Below are positions 18,282 through 28,980 of a stretch of 64,000 bases of DNA, piece after piece (position 1 is the first letter of the stretch; every line of letters starts with the position of its first letter). The notes beneath the pieces were generated by a model that was not told where the DNA came from, searched no databases, and saw only the letters and a list, made by a program, of their open reading frames with translations. Both the position numbers and the translations under genes were made by a program. This DNA comes from Nibricoccus sp. (GTDB lineage: Bacteria > Verrucomicrobiota > Verrucomicrobiia > Opitutales > Opitutaceae): assembly GCA_047602425.1 (NCBI GenBank), contig JASGHG010000001.1, positions 2,752,001-2,816,000 of the forward strand, given 5' to 3'.

Positions 18282-20303
18282 TTACCGGGGCGTATGAGCG
18301 ACCACGAGCTCCTTTGTGAGGTGCATCGAGTTGGCGGCCGCGGTTTCAGCGGGCGTCAGTGCGCGGTAGAGGCGGTTCTTGTAAAGATAACTCGCGGTTT
18401 GGTAGTACGCGATGGTTTCCGGGATGTCGTCGCAGCTGTTGTCGCTGCGTGGGGTGAGCGTGAACGTGTTGGGATTGTAGCTATATTGGGTGGTTCCCCG
18501 GACGGGTTTCAAGACTGCGAGCATGCCCGGCTCATAAAGGCCAAGACGCTGGTAGTTGCCGATGAGGGCCCGGCGGTCACCGGTGGCGCGGCGAACGTCC
18601 CACCCGAAGAAGCGACTTGGATAAGACCAGTTGAGCAGGCCGAGCAGCGTCGGCGCGTAATCAACCTGGCTGGTAAGGTCGGCAATGTGGCCGGGGGCGA
18701 TCTGGCCGCCGGGCGCGTAGACGAACAGAGGAATGTGATAGTTCTGTACGGGTAGTTCGGTTTTTCCGGCGGAGGAGGCGCAGTGGTCGGCAACGACGAC
18801 AAAGACCGTGTTTTTAAACCAAGGGCGGGTCGAAGCCTCGCGGATGAACTGGCCGATGGCGAAGTCGGTGTATTTCACTGCGCCGGCCCGACCGGAGATT
18901 TTCGACGGCAAGTCGATTTTACCCTCGGGGTAGGTGAAGGGCCGATGGTTCGAAGTGGTCATCACGAAATGGAAAAACGGTTTTCCCTCGGCGGCGGCGC
19001 GGTCCGCCTCGCGCAGGGTCCAACGGTAAAGATCCTCATCGCAGGCGCCCCACGCATTGGCGAAGGTGATGTCGCTTTTCGCAACCCCGGCGCGGTCGAC
19101 AACGCGATAACCATTGTGACCGAAGAAATAGTTCATGTTGTCGAAGTACCCGTAGCCGCCATAAATGAACGCAGTATCGTAGCCTTTGCTTTGAAAAACC
19201 GAACCAAGGGTGAACAGGTTTTCATTGTGCGGGCGTTTGACGAGTGAGCGGCCCGGGGTGGGGGGAATCGAGAGCGTGAGGGCTTCCATGCCGCGGTCGG
19301 TGCGTGTGCCGGTGGCGTAGAAGTTGTCGAAGACCAGGCTTTGACGGGCGAGAGCCTCCAGTTCGGGCGTAAGCCGCGACGCGCGGTTGAAGATGCTGAG
19401 AAAATCGGCGCTCAGGCTTTCAACCGTGATCTGGATGACATTGAGTTTTAGTTCTGGACCCTGGTTTTTGACGAAGCGGAGCGTATCCCGGGGATTGTTG
19501 CCCAGAGGCATGCTGCCGTCGTAGGCGAGCTCGGAATGCAACTTTTTGAAAGCCTCATCGAGCGGGAGCGTCGCGTAAAACTGGTCGTAATCGAGTTCGT
19601 TGTTGCGGAAGGCGGCGAAGAGCGACCAGACGCCGTTTTTGGCGAGCTCGCGATTGTAGTTATTGGCGAACGACGGCAGGCGGTCTGAGTCCAGCACGAT
19701 GCCCGCCACGAGCGCGGCGCCGAACCAGCCGCAAGCTCCCAACCAGCGTTGCCCGGCGCTTTCGGTGGCGTCGTCCAGCCAGCGGCGAACCCAGCCGGTG
19801 CGCAGCACGAAGGCATAGGCGGCGATCGTGACGGCAAAAATCCCGGCGAAGATCCAGGGCATCGGGTAGGATTCGCGGATGTTGTCGATCACCTCGTGGG
19901 TGTAGACGAGATAGTCGACTGCGATGAAATTGAAGCGGGCGCTGAACTCATCCCAGAACACCCACTCGGAAACCGCACCAAAAAGACAGAGCCAAAGTGC
20001 GCCCATGAGGCATAGGTGGGCGAGCCCCCGCGCCCAGAGTCTTTCGAAAAACCGCGCGGGCAGCGCCGTGAGCAGCAGGATCACCGGCAGCGCGAACAAC
20101 AGGCTTGCGCCAAGATCGAAAAGCAGGCCCCAGGCGAACGCGGCTACCAAACTGCTGTCGAAGCTGACTGCGGCGACGGATTTTGCCAGCAAAGCAAGCC
20201 GGGTGGTCAGGGAGACCGCGCCAAAAAGCACGAGGAATATGAGCACGCCGCCGTGCCGCCGTTCAAGAAGGCGAAAAAAGGTCGAACGCAAAGGAAGTCG
20301 CAT
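18282..20303 (-). CDS. LTA synthase/sulfatase (alkaline phosphatase superfamily) membrane protein
   Basis: N-terminal TMs, ITVESL, GTRTDRG, TTSNHRPF, VADH. Confidence 0.88.
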   Translation of the reverse strand: MRLPLRSTFFRLLERRHGGVLIFLVLFGAVSLTTRLALLAKSVAAVSFDSSLVAAFAWGLLFDLGASLLFALPVILLLTALPARFFERLWARGLAHLCLMGALWLCLFGAVSEWVFWDEFSARFNFIAVDYLVYTHEVIDNIRESYPMPWIFAGIFAVTIAAYAFVLRTGWVRRWLDDATESAGQRWLGACGWFGAALVAGIVLDSDRLPSFANNYNRELAKNGVWSLFAAFRNNELDYDQFYATLPLDEAFKKLHSELAYDGSMPLGNNPRDTLRFVKNQGPELKLNVIQITVESLSADFLSIFNRASRLTPELEALARQSLVFDNFYATGTRTDRGMEALTLSIPPTPGRSLVKRPHNENLFTLGSVFQSKGYDTAFIYGGYGYFDNMNYFFGHNGYRVVDRAGVAKSDITFANAWGACDEDLYRWTLREADRAAAEGKPFFHFVMTTSNHRPFTYPEGKIDLPSKISGRAGAVKYTDFAIGQFIREASTRPWFKNTVFVVVADHCASSAGKTELPVQNYHIPLFVYAPGGQIAPGHIADLTSQVDYAPTLLGLLNWSYPSRFFGWDVRRATGDRRALIGNYQRLGLYEPGMLAVLKPVRGTTQYSYNPNTFTLTPRSDNSCDDIPETIAYYQTASYLYKNRLYRALTPAETAAANSMHLTKELVVAHTPR

Positions 20304-20403
20304 GAGGGTAGGCTGGAGGGGCTGGAAAATAGTGCGCAGTGCAGAGGGTAGACGCAGTATCTTATTTCTTGTTCAATGAAGTTTCAACCGCATGGTCGTG
20401 TTC

Positions 20404-21504
20404 ATGCCCGATGCCAAACCGTTTACCTTTGTCTGTGGACCGGACGACTACCTTGTCAACCGGTTGGGGAAGGAACGTTTCGAGGAACTGGCGAAGGACA
20501 TTACTGACGAATTTTCGCGTGAGGTACTCAGTGGGTTCGCCAACAATGTCGGTGAAGTCGAGGCGGCCGTCAATCGCTTCCGCGAGAGCGTGCAGACGAT
20601 CTCGATGTTTGGTGGCAAGCGTGCGGTTTGGCTTAAGGACGTGAATTTTCTCGCCGACACGGTGACCGGCCGCGCCGAAAGCACGCTGAAGCTTGTCGAG
20701 GATTTGCAGGCGATCCTCGCTGCGATCAATCCGGCGGAGGTGGCGGTGGTTGTGACGGCTGCGCCTGTCGATCGCCGCCGCTCATTTCCGAAATGGTGCG
20801 AAAAGAACGCCGATTTTACCGTTGTCGGCGGCGAAGGCGAAGGCGCAGCTCAGGCCCTGGCCGGATTGGTGGTGGGCGAAGCGGATAGTTGGGGCGTGTC
20901 ATTTGGTGAAGGGGCGCTGGAACTGTTGCTCGCAAAAGTTGGCGCCAATACCCGTCTGCTCATCGAAGAAACGCACAAACTCGCGGCGTACATTGGCGAC
21001 GAGAAAACGATTAAGGAGGAACATGTTGCCGACCTCACGCCCAACGTGGCCGAAGGCGATTTTTTTGAGGCGGCCGAAGCGTTTTTCAGCGGCGATCTCA
21101 AGTGGACATTGCGGGCGCTCGAACACCATTTTTTCACCGGCGGCGACGCGCGGCCGATCATCGCGGCACTGCAAAACCGAAACCGTATTCTGCTCCAAAT
21201 CCGCGCGCTCCTCGATTCCGGCGAAGTCAAACTCGGACCGCGTGGGCTCGACAAAAGCGGCTTTGACCGGGCCGCGGCCACGCACGCACCGAACTTCGTC
21301 GGTGTGACTGAAAAAAGTTCATATAATCTCTTCACACAAAATCCGTGGTACCTCGGCAAACTCGCGAGCACAGCCAAGCTGCCGCCCCTGCGTCGCTTGA
21401 TCGACAATCAACAGGAATTCATCAACGCCTTCGAAGAAATCATCCGCCGTCCCGATGAGCCTGAGGAAGTTATGCGCGAGATGGCCGTGCGTTGTCTGAC
21501 ATGA
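20404..21504 (+). CDS. holA: DNA polymerase III delta subunit
   Basis: FVCGPDDYL, TISMFGGKRAVWLKD, E..KL..Y pattern; length fits. Confidence 0.8.
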   Translation: MPDAKPFTFVCGPDDYLVNRLGKERFEELAKDITDEFSREVLSGFANNVGEVEAAVNRFRESVQTISMFGGKRAVWLKDVNFLADTVTGRAESTLKLVEDLQAILAAINPAEVAVVVTAAPVDRRRSFPKWCEKNADFTVVGGEGEGAAQALAGLVVGEADSWGVSFGEGALELLLAKVGANTRLLIEETHKLAAYIGDEKTIKEEHVADLTPNVAEGDFFEAAEAFFSGDLKWTLRALEHHFFTGGDARPIIAALQNRNRILLQIRALLDSGEVKLGPRGLDKSGFDRAAATHAPNFVGVTEKSSYNLFTQNPWYLGKLASTAKLPPLRRLIDNQQEFINAFEEIIRRPDEPEEVMREMAVRCLT

Positions 21505-21694
21505 AATAAGCAACCATCTGGTTTATTCCGGGCCGCGCGATTCGGGTGCGTGCCAGTTTCGTGTACATCCCATGTCGTCAGTCGTTGGAATGCTTTACCA
21601 AGTCTCTTACTTTCGATTTGCCCTGACGGACGAACCGTTGTGACTGGTCGGTGTCTGTCGCGCCGCCCCACGCGTCCCGATGCATCTTCCAGCC

Positions 21695-23134
21695 ATGACC
21701 ACCGAGCTCGCTTCCTCCTCCGCCATTCCCAACGTCCTCGCCGAACGCTACGCCTCGCCCGCGATGAAAGACATCTGGTCTCCCGCCGGCCGCATCGCAA
21801 TCGAGCGCGATTTCTGGATCGCCGTGATGAAAGCCCAGCGCGATCTCGGCGTGGCCATTCCGGCCGAGGCGATTGCAGACTACGAGCGGGTTAAAGATCG
21901 GATCGATCTCGTCTCCATTGCTGCGCGCGAACGCAAAACCCTGCACGACGTGAAGGCGCGCATCGAGGAGTTTTCCGACCTTGCCGGACGCCAGTTCATC
22001 CACCTCGGACTCACGAGCCGCGACCTGACCGAAAACGTCGAACAGCTCCAAATTCACCGTGCCCTCCAGGTTGTCCGCATGAAAACGGCTGCGGCGTTGC
22101 TTGCGCTTTCGAAACGCGCCGCCGCTCACCGCGATCTCATGCTTACGGGTCGCACGCACAACGTTCCCGCCCAACCAACCACTCTCGGCAAACGCATCGC
22201 CATGTTCGGCCAGGAAATGCTAGCGGCCTACACGCGGTTCGACGAACTCGTTGAACGCTATCCTGTGCGCGGCCTTAAAGGCGCAGTTGGCACCCAGCTC
22301 GACCAGTACACGCTCATGGGCGGCAAGGCGGACAAAGTCGCCAAGCTCGAAGCGCGCGTGATCAAACACCTCGGCTTCAAAGGCGCGCTTTTCGCCGTCG
22401 GCCAGGTTTACCCGCGCTCGCTCGATTTCGAAGTCGTCAGTGCGCTCCATCAAATCGGCGCCTCCGCCGCGAGCTTTGCCACGACGCTGCGCCTCATGGC
22501 CGGTCAAGGCTTGCTCACCGAAGGTTTTCAGGAAGGCCAGGTCGGCTCCTCGGCGATGCCTCACAAGGTTAACGCGCGAAATTGCGAACGCGTTTGCGGT
22601 TTCTCCACGATTCTCTCCGGCTACGTCACGATGACGGGTGCGCTCGCCGGCCACCAATGGAACGAAGGCGACGTTTCCTGCTCTGTCGTGCGTCGTGTCG
22701 CGTTGCCCGACGCGTTCTACGCGATCGACGGCCTGCTCGAAACCTTCGTCACCATCCTGCGTCAGATGGACGTCTTTCCGGCCGTGATCGCCGCGGAAAA
22801 CGTACGCAACCTGCCCTTCCTCGCCACAACCACCATCTTGATGGAATCCGTCAAGACCGGCGCCGGACGCGAAACCGCCCATGAAGCGATCAAGGAGCAC
22901 GCCCTTGCCGCTGCGAAGTCGATTCGCAACGGCGAAGACGCCAACATGATCGCCCGCCTCTCCGGCGACAAACGCCTCGGATTGAAGCGCGAAAAACTCG
23001 AAGCCATCCTTGCCGATGGCTCTAGGTTCGTCGGCGCCGCCCCGGAACAGGTCGATGAATTCGTCGCCACCGTTGCTCCGCTGGCGAAGAAGATCAAAGG
23101 CGCCGCGACCTACCAGCCGGGAAAATTGCTGTAG
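21695..23134 (+). CDS. purB: Adenylosuccinate lyase
   Basis: ERYAS, HDVKA, IHLGLTS.D, GRTH, GSSAMPHKVN. Confidence 0.95.
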   Translation: MTTELASSSAIPNVLAERYASPAMKDIWSPAGRIAIERDFWIAVMKAQRDLGVAIPAEAIADYERVKDRIDLVSIAARERKTLHDVKARIEEFSDLAGRQFIHLGLTSRDLTENVEQLQIHRALQVVRMKTAAALLALSKRAAAHRDLMLTGRTHNVPAQPTTLGKRIAMFGQEMLAAYTRFDELVERYPVRGLKGAVGTQLDQYTLMGGKADKVAKLEARVIKHLGFKGALFAVGQVYPRSLDFEVVSALHQIGASAASFATTLRLMAGQGLLTEGFQEGQVGSSAMPHKVNARNCERVCGFSTILSGYVTMTGALAGHQWNEGDVSCSVVRRVALPDAFYAIDGLLETFVTILRQMDVFPAVIAAENVRNLPFLATTTILMESVKTGAGRETAHEAIKEHALAAAKSIRNGEDANMIARLSGDKRLGLKREKLEAILADGSRFVGAAPEQVDEFVATVAPLAKKIKGAATYQPGKLL

Positions 23135-23534
23135 CCTTTATCGTGGAGTTGGATCGCAAGACATATCCCATTTTGTATACGTTCCGACCGATAGAAGATC
23201 GGCTTGTCACACATCCAGCGGACGGTCGCGTCGTCGGATTTCCTGATCATCCATTTTTGAAAGTGTCGATGCCGAAGGGAATGTTCAAAGTCACTGATGA
23301 TTCCACTAATACGATTGTCGGTGCTGAGTTGTTTTCTACTTGGCTGTTGCTCCGATGGTTAGGGTTGGGTTTTTGGATATTTCAATCAGCTTCCGCTTTC
23401 TTTACTTGTGGCGTGACGGAAGGATGATCGTCGAATGCGAAAATCCGCAGGTGAGTTACCTTTTCCTAGCGGTTGGATGTGTCCAGTGGTATAAGTTACG
23501 CGGTACTTAAGAACTGGAATCTTTGTAGAAAGCT

Positions 23535-24098
23535 TTAAATTGGTTTGAGGTGTAAACTATTTTGTAGGCTGATTTTCTTTTTTCCTCGGAGCAGCCGCCT
23601 GACGCGCCAGCGTTGCTCCTTGTTCACGATGTAGCCGACGCAACGTTTGGCGCCGCAGCGGCAGGGGTGCAGGCGCCATTCGGCGTAAGGGAAACCATAG
23701 TCGAAAGTGAGTTCCTCGCCGACGGCGATGTTGCGACGGGCGACGATCCAGATGTGACCGCCAATGTTGTCGGCACGGCAGTTTGGCGCACAGGAATGGT
23801 TAATCAGGCGAGCGATGTTGCGCACGGAGCGGCCATCGAGGTCGTGCGTTTTGTTGAGATCGAAGATGTACACACAATCGTCGCCGCCTCGCTTTTGGCG
23901 TTCCAAGCGTTGTTCTTCGCGTTTGCGCGATTCGGCTTTGGTGATGCGTTCACCCGTATACTCGATCACCCGTGTGCCGTCAGGGATGTCGCATCGGGCA
24001 TAAACGCCGCGGCCATGAATCGCGGACTGACGGGCGGAGATCCAGCGGCTGGTGACGTGCTTGGTCGTTTTCTGCTTTTTTGGGGAAAGGCGGGCCAT
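23535..24098 (-). CDS. SET domain protein-lysine methyltransferase with post-SET motif
   Basis: SAIHGRGVYA, IEYTGE, ARLINHSCAPN, EELTFDY, CRCGAKRC. Confidence 0.92.
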   Translation of the reverse strand: MARLSPKKQKTTKHVTSRWISARQSAIHGRGVYARCDIPDGTRVIEYTGERITKAESRKREEQRLERQKRGGDDCVYIFDLNKTHDLDGRSVRNIARLINHSCAPNCRADNIGGHIWIVARRNIAVGEELTFDYGFPYAEWRLHPCRCGAKRCVGYIVNKEQRWRVRRLLRGKKKISLQNSLHLKPI

Positions 24099-24204
24099 GG
24101 TCGGACGTAAGGGCCGGAAACCATACGATCGCGCGGTCGCAAAACAAGCCCGACTCAAAGCTCATGCGGGGAAGCCTGCGACGCTGCCTGCCTGGATCGA
24201 AACG

Positions 24205-25176
24205 TTATTTCTTTCCCGCGGGAGCGTCGGACGGTTTTTTTTCTGCGGTGGGCTCGTCCATCTCGATGACCTTGAGTTCGCCGGCGCCGACCGTGCCTTT
24301 ACGGTTGATGCGTTTGTCGACGATGGTTGGTTCGTTCATTTCGCGGCCGAAGTAGGATTTACCGCTGGAGACGAGCGTCGGGATGGTCTCGGAGATTGAA
24401 AGTCCCTGGGCGGGCGTACTCATTTTTGTCCGCCAGAGCAGCTTGCGCTCGCCCTTGGCGAGTGCACCGGCATCGTAAGCGGAAACGACGACAAAATAGC
24501 AGTCGTCGAGAATTTGGTCGACCAAGCTGCGATTAAGTTCGGTGCGGACTGAAAACATGTACACCGGGTCGATCCCGATGGGTGCGGCATTTCCGGGCAC
24601 CGTTGCTCGTTCGCGGTCGATCAAGGCGGCCTCGAATTCCTTGGCGAACTTTGTGCCACCGACAAGTTGGGCGCGCGAAAGGAGGTTGCGGTGTCCCACG
24701 TCGCGAAAACCGCCCATGTCCGTTTCCAGATCGGCTTTGTCCAGCCGGGCATGCACACCCCAAAAATAAAAGAGCGCGAGAGTGGCGGGATGGTCTTTAT
24801 CCGCGAGATTGTAGTGTCGGCTGGCAAAAGAACTTTGGATAAACCGCTGCAGGTCCTCTTCCGGAACTTTGCCGGCATCGTCGACGCCATGGCCGCGGTG
24901 CTGATAACCCATCGAATTGATGATGTAGTAAGACGGCTTTTCCGCCGTGGGCGGGGGCAGTTTTTTGCCCTCATCCGTCATTTCCGTGATGACGGAGATG
25001 GCCAGAAGCGGGTGCGATTGAAGGGCGGTGGGAAGCAGCGAGGAGAAAAAATAGGACCATTCCTTCCGCCGCTCTTCGGCCGTGCGAGGCGATCTGGAGT
25101 CGGCCGCGGCGACAATCGTCGATGCGGCAGACAGGCTGACGATGCACAACAACAGCTTGGGCAGGGTTGCTTTCAT
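24205..25176 (-). CDS. Hypothetical secreted protein
   Basis: 323-aa ORF with signal peptide; YFVVVSAYD...LLWRTKMS. Confidence 0.75.
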   Translation of the reverse strand: MKATLPKLLLCIVSLSAASTIVAAADSRSPRTAEERRKEWSYFFSSLLPTALQSHPLLAISVITEMTDEGKKLPPPTAEKPSYYIINSMGYQHRGHGVDDAGKVPEEDLQRFIQSSFASRHYNLADKDHPATLALFYFWGVHARLDKADLETDMGGFRDVGHRNLLSRAQLVGGTKFAKEFEAALIDRERATVPGNAAPIGIDPVYMFSVRTELNRSLVDQILDDCYFVVVSAYDAGALAKGERKLLWRTKMSTPAQGLSISETIPTLVSSGKSYFGREMNEPTIVDKRINRKGTVGAGELKVIEMDEPTAEKKPSDAPAGKK

Positions 25177-25394
25177 GGAGAATGCGACGAAGCGGGCGAA
25201 GAGCGGAGTTTACTCGAACTGCGATGCCGGAGCGGGTGACGCGCAATCTTTGGCGGGATCGGCCGCGCATGGCAAATACTATGCTAGCGGCGCAATTTGC
25301 ATGATTTAGCGGAAATTTGGGTTTGCCACAGCCGGGGGGGAGTCGCTTCCTTTGTCCCTCACGTTACTTTAAAACCTCTTATCACAACACTGCC

Positions 25395-26651
25395 ATGGCT
25401 GAACTCGTAGGAAATGTTTTGGTGGGCCAATCCGGTGGCCCCACCGCCGTTATTAACGCCAGTGTGGCCGGCGTCGTCGCCGAGGCCCTCAACCACGGCT
25501 GCATCGAAGAAATTTACGGCTGTCTCAACGGCGTCCTTGGCATCCTCCAAGAAGACCTCATCGACCTCGCCTCCGAATCGCAGCAGACCATTCGTGGTCT
25601 CCGCCACACTCCTGGCGCCGCGCTCGGCACCTGCCGTTACAAACTCAAAAAGCAGGCCGATTTCGAACGCGTGCTCGAAGTTTTCAAGGCGCACAACATT
25701 CGCTATTTCTTCTACGCGGGCGGCAACGACTCGCAGGACACCGCCGACAAAATTTCCAAGCTCGCCCAACAACAGGGTTACGAGCTCCGCGTCATCGGCG
25801 TGCCAAAGACGATCGATAACGATCTCCCCGTCACCGACCACTGCCCCGGCTACGGCAGCGTCGTGAAACATATCTGCACGACCGTTCGCGAGCTCGCTTG
25901 CGACCACGAAGCGATGGGCCAGCACGACCTCGTCTCGATCGTCGAAGTCATGGGCCGCAACGCTGGTTGGATTGCCGCCGGCGCCTCGCTCGCGAAACGC
26001 CGCGACCAGCCGCACGACGCTCCGCACCTGATCTATTTGCCTGAAGTCGCGTTCAGCACCGAAAAATTCATCGAAGACGTAAAACGCGTCCTCAAGCGCG
26101 AGAAGTATTGCATGGTGGTCGTTGGCGAAGGCCTGATCGACGCCGATGGCAATTACGTTTCCGCCGCCGAAGCAACCGACGCCTTCGGCCACGCCCAACT
26201 CGGCGGTGCCGCCGAATACCTCCAAGGTTTGGTTGAGCAAAATCTCCCCGGCATCAAAGCCCGCACCGCCAAGTTCGGCATCGCCCAGCGTGCCGCCGCT
26301 CATGCCGGTTCGAAGACCGACGCCGACGAAGCCTTCATGGCTGGCCAGGCCGCAGTCAAAGCCGCGATTAACGGCGAAACCGACAAAATGGTCACGCTCG
26401 TCCGCGTCGACGGCGATCATTACACCTGCGAAACCGGCCTTGCTCCGCTGAGCGACATCGCCAACGGCGTGAAGAAGCTTCCCCGCGAATGGATCAACGA
26501 AGACGGCGTCAGCATGAACTTCCAGTTCCAACGCTATGCGCTTCCGCTGATCCAGGGCGAAACTCCGGTCCCGTACGAGAACGGTCTGCCCAACTTCGCA
26601 AAACTCGAAAAAGTTCGCGTCGACAAAATCCTCGGCGCTTACGAACTCTGA
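25395..26651 (+). CDS. 6-phosphofructokinase, likely PPi-dependent
   Basis: QSGGPT, GGNDS, PKTIDND, EVMGR; highly biased codon usage. Confidence 0.92.
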   Translation: MAELVGNVLVGQSGGPTAVINASVAGVVAEALNHGCIEEIYGCLNGVLGILQEDLIDLASESQQTIRGLRHTPGAALGTCRYKLKKQADFERVLEVFKAHNIRYFFYAGGNDSQDTADKISKLAQQQGYELRVIGVPKTIDNDLPVTDHCPGYGSVVKHICTTVRELACDHEAMGQHDLVSIVEVMGRNAGWIAAGASLAKRRDQPHDAPHLIYLPEVAFSTEKFIEDVKRVLKREKYCMVVVGEGLIDADGNYVSAAEATDAFGHAQLGGAAEYLQGLVEQNLPGIKARTAKFGIAQRAAAHAGSKTDADEAFMAGQAAVKAAINGETDKMVTLVRVDGDHYTCETGLAPLSDIANGVKKLPREWINEDGVSMNFQFQRYALPLIQGETPVPYENGLPNFAKLEKVRVDKILGAYEL

Positions 26652-26678
26652 GCGAAAGCTGAGTCAAAAGTTTCAATC

Positions 26679-26707
26679 AAAGCCGGTCCATCTGGACCGG
26701 CTTTTTT
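26679..26707 (+). terminator. Intrinsic terminator
   Basis: AAAGCCGGTCCA-TC-TGGACCGGCTTTTTT. Confidence 0.85.
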
Positions 26708-26751
26708 GGTTTCTTGGTAGACTGCGTTGATCCGGATCAGCGGGTGGCTCT

Positions 26752-28980
26752 TTACCGCCGCTTTTTGGTAGTAGGTGTGCCTGGTGGTTTTGTTCCGCTG
26801 CCTAACCAGTCGGGCAGTGCAGGGGTTTGGGGTGAATCGAGCAGGTTTTTCCATTCCACATCAGTCAGTTGTTCAGCGGAATCATATTCGTAGTATTGCA
26901 TGACCGAACCAGCGCAAAGCACCTGCATGCCGTTCCAAGGGTAAAGCACGTAAAAGTTTCTTGGGCGGCCAATCGCGGCGGCCAGAGATTTGTTGCGCAA
27001 AGGATCGTGGCTTACAGCTACCCAGCGTGGCGCGTCATCGTGCGGTGATAGCCAGGAATTGCCGAAATAGCCCATAACGCGAGCCAGCGATTGCCCATAG
27101 CTGCGCAGGAAGTTTTCTTCATCAATCGTCCAGGGTTGGTGACGTGGTTGTTTTTGGGCCAGAGCTTCGAGAGTGTGTGTGATCCGGCTGAGCAGGAGCC
27201 AGCGCTGTTGCAACGTGGATGGGTTGGCATCGCCAAATAACTCGATGCCTGATTTTGGCTTCTCGGCTTCTTCGAGTTCACGCGAATCGAAACACTTGTT
27301 ATCGGCAAAATAGTCATGACATTTGTCGATGAGCCGCGCCATTCGCGCGAAAAACTCCGGGTTGTCTTCCACGAAGCCTGGCGGCACGGAGATCAGTCCC
27401 ATAAAAAGGGCGTTTGCCTTGGCCTGTAGTGTGAACGTGTGGCGCATCTGGGCCCAACCGCCCAGTGCGGTTTGGCAGCTTTTGGCGTCCCACGCTTCTC
27501 TCTTCATAAAGGCAGGAGCGTCGTCGGCCGGAGGTAAAAAGAGTGCGCTGAGAGCGTCCAGATACTGCGAATAAATGTGCGGGCACTTCCACCAATGGTA
27601 TTCCGCATCTTTTTCGGCGGAACGCATTTCGCGCGTGCGGCGAATCGTCTTCAGATCGGTTTCCGTCAGTCGATGCTCTGCGAAAGTCGAGCCGAGCAAT
27701 GCAGCGACAGCGAGTCCTTGAGGTTTCTGTTGTTGGTCGATGAGAGTTTGAAAGAGGATCGCATCAAAGATCCGTGCGGCTGAAAGCACACGGAAGGTGA
27801 GTTGGTGAGCGAGCGTGCCCAACGGTATTTGTGCCTGCAGGTCGGAATTGATCAGGCAGCGCTGTTCGGTGATGAGCTGTCGCAAAAGCGTGACGCGCAG
27901 TCGTTCGAGTTCGGAGTCGTATGCAGCTTCATCCAGTGGCTTTTCCTGCAACTGGCTGTACTTCGTGCGCAGATCTTCGAGGGTCAGATCGTCGGGTATG
28001 CCTAGGAGTCCTTTTCCTCCCTCGTTTTCAATGGCTTGCCCCGATTCACTGTAAGCAAAACGCAGCAGCAAGATTGCATCGAATTCTGCGGGGTGACCGC
28101 TGCGGAATGGAATCATTTGCAGCCAGCGTACGGCCCGAAAATAAGCTGAGAGTTTTTTGGAGGTCGCATAGAAACCGACGGGTTTGCAGAGGCGATAATC
28201 CAGCGCGATGAGCGAATGTGGTTCGGGTGGGCCGAGCCAGACGGGCAACTCGGTGGCGGAGGCCAGACGGATTTTCTCGGCTTGGGCGGAAATTTCTTCG
28301 CGGAGGGCTGGATCGAAAAGTTCAAGCGAGCCGCCAAGGAGAATGATCGCGGGACCGAGCACGCGCTGGTCATGCTGGAGGGCGACCTCCATGCGTTTTT
28401 GCGGCAACATCTTTTTGTCCACGACTTTTTTCGCAGACAAGAGAAGTCGCTCCAATCGCTCGCGCAGCGTCATGGCTTCGCGAAATTCCAGTTCGCGGTA
28501 GGAGTCCTCGAAGAGCACGTGAAACGCGTTTAGAAGAGAGTCGCTCGTTACGTAGACCGGTCCACCCAGATACGGCTCAAATGACTGCTTCACGGCAGGG
28601 CCGTAGGCTATCTGCTGTTTTTCCAGCAAAGCGATAGTTGCGGTGTCAATGTCTTTACTAGCTGCCTTTTGTTTCCAGTCGTAGCTGTCGGTTGGCAAAG
28701 GCAACCGGGAGCGCAAGGCATGTGCTATGTTTCCTTCGGTTGAACGGCGTTTTTCTTCTTCTAATTTTTGATGGGATAAAAGTTGTTCTGGCGTCAGCGC
28801 GGCTTCCCATCGTGCGTTGGCTTCACGCCACTTCTGATTGGCAATGGCGTACTCTGTCTGGGACATGTTGCCTCGGTATGGGGAGTCTGGTGGCGGCGGA
28901 AAAGGCGCTATTTGCGCGCCTAGCGTATATGCAAAAATCAGCGAGAAGATGAATGCCGCCGCGAAATCAGTGGTACGCAT
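26752..28980 (-). CDS. DUF3160-like secreted protein
   Basis: YVTSDSLLNAFH, DY...KPVGFY, YFRAVRWL, TALGGWAQMRH..TLQAK, YYEY...LTDVEW. Confidence 0.75.
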   Translation of the reverse strand: MRTTDFAAAFIFSLIFAYTLGAQIAPFPPPPDSPYRGNMSQTEYAIANQKWREANARWEAALTPEQLLSHQKLEEEKRRSTEGNIAHALRSRLPLPTDSYDWKQKAASKDIDTATIALLEKQQIAYGPAVKQSFEPYLGGPVYVTSDSLLNAFHVLFEDSYRELEFREAMTLRERLERLLLSAKKVVDKKMLPQKRMEVALQHDQRVLGPAIILLGGSLELFDPALREEISAQAEKIRLASATELPVWLGPPEPHSLIALDYRLCKPVGFYATSKKLSAYFRAVRWLQMIPFRSGHPAEFDAILLLRFAYSESGQAIENEGGKGLLGIPDDLTLEDLRTKYSQLQEKPLDEAAYDSELERLRVTLLRQLITEQRCLINSDLQAQIPLGTLAHQLTFRVLSAARIFDAILFQTLIDQQQKPQGLAVAALLGSTFAEHRLTETDLKTIRRTREMRSAEKDAEYHWWKCPHIYSQYLDALSALFLPPADDAPAFMKREAWDAKSCQTALGGWAQMRHTFTLQAKANALFMGLISVPPGFVEDNPEFFARMARLIDKCHDYFADNKCFDSRELEEAEKPKSGIELFGDANPSTLQQRWLLLSRITHTLEALAQKQPRHQPWTIDEENFLRSYGQSLARVMGYFGNSWLSPHDDAPRWVAVSHDPLRNKSLAAAIGRPRNFYVLYPWNGMQVLCAGSVMQYYEYDSAEQLTDVEWKNLLDSPQTPALPDWLGSGTKPPGTPTTKKRR

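Noticed and set aside
23143..23427. 94-aa ORF after purB as a CDS
   Set aside because: No recognisable motif or RBS and atypical composition; kept only as a low-interest finding
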